Shown: piece by piece, positions 31,905-32,000 of the stretch
Numbering within the stretch: the stretch's first letter is position 1
Layout of the letters: each line of letters starts with the position of its first letter
Assembly (NCBI GenBank): GCA_048938295.1
Contig: JBHLMI010000010.1
Coordinates: forward strand, 30,001-62,000
Direction: 5' to 3'
Source: Promethearchaeota archaeon
Lineage (GTDB): Archaea > Asgardarchaeota > Hermodarchaeia > Hermodarchaeales > Hermodarchaeaceae
DNA: 32,000 nt
Notes under the pieces: model-generated
Seen by the model: the letters and a program-made list of their open reading frames with translations, nothing else
Databases searched by the model: none
What the model was told of the DNA's origin: nothing
Translations under genes and position numbers: made by a program

Positions 31905-32000
31905 CCCTTTTTCGATCGAGCGCGCGATATGACGATTGCAAAGAAGACTATAATGAGGACGATTCCAAAGACTCCCACAAAGAGCATTATGCTCAGGCTA
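31901..32000 (-). CDS. 3' end of a protein with a C-terminal membrane anchor (truncated by window edge)
   Basis: Reads SLSIMLFVGVFGIVLIIVFFAIVISRARSKKG-stop; its TGA overlaps the ATG of the ECF gene. Confidence 0.7.
   Translation of the reverse strand, partial: SLSIMLFVGVFGIVLIIVFFAIVISRARSKKG

Noticed and set aside
1-32000. CRISPR arrays, tRNA/rRNA genes, transposases, integrases
   Set aside because: No regularly spaced repeats, cloverleaf/T-loop signatures or mobile-element ORFs were seen by eye. The GACGGGCGG rRNA-like match at 20199 is antisense and explained by the sRNA.

Overview
Gene-dense archaeal window, very probably from an Asgard archaeon. This is inferred from GGGP synthase, TFB, type-2 MetAP and a set of eukaryotic-signature proteins (roadblock, longin-like, Rab-like GTPase). 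It holds about 32 CDSs; I saw no tRNA, rRNA, CRISPR array or IS element. The best candidate for an undescribed system is 3.2-16.5 kb. It contains two non-canonical YgeW/ArgF'-type transcarbamylases, an SsnA-family amidohydrolase, a deaminase-type amidohydrolase and two MoaD/ThiS carriers. It also contains two tungsten AOR-family oxidoreductases with 4x[4Fe-4S] partners, and a dihydropyrimidine-dehydrogenase (PreA)-like flavoprotein that lacks the catalytic Cys and is translationally coupled to an AOR. The set resembles the bacterial anaerobic purine (ssnA/ygeW/ygfK) catabolic cluster, with AOR-family enzymes present and no xanthine dehydrogenase in the window; the pathway assignment is inference. 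Other highlights: a box C/D sRNA (20148-20219) whose guide predicts 2'-O-methylation of 16S C1402; an MglA-type GTPase with a natural Q-to-L switch-II change fused to a wHTH; a HAD-phosphatase/CTP-dependent prenol-kinase fusion; a zinc-ribbon/CdvA-like coiled-coil protein; a coupled longin-Rab pair; and strand skew that flips inside genes. All family calls come from motifs recalled from memory, not database searches.
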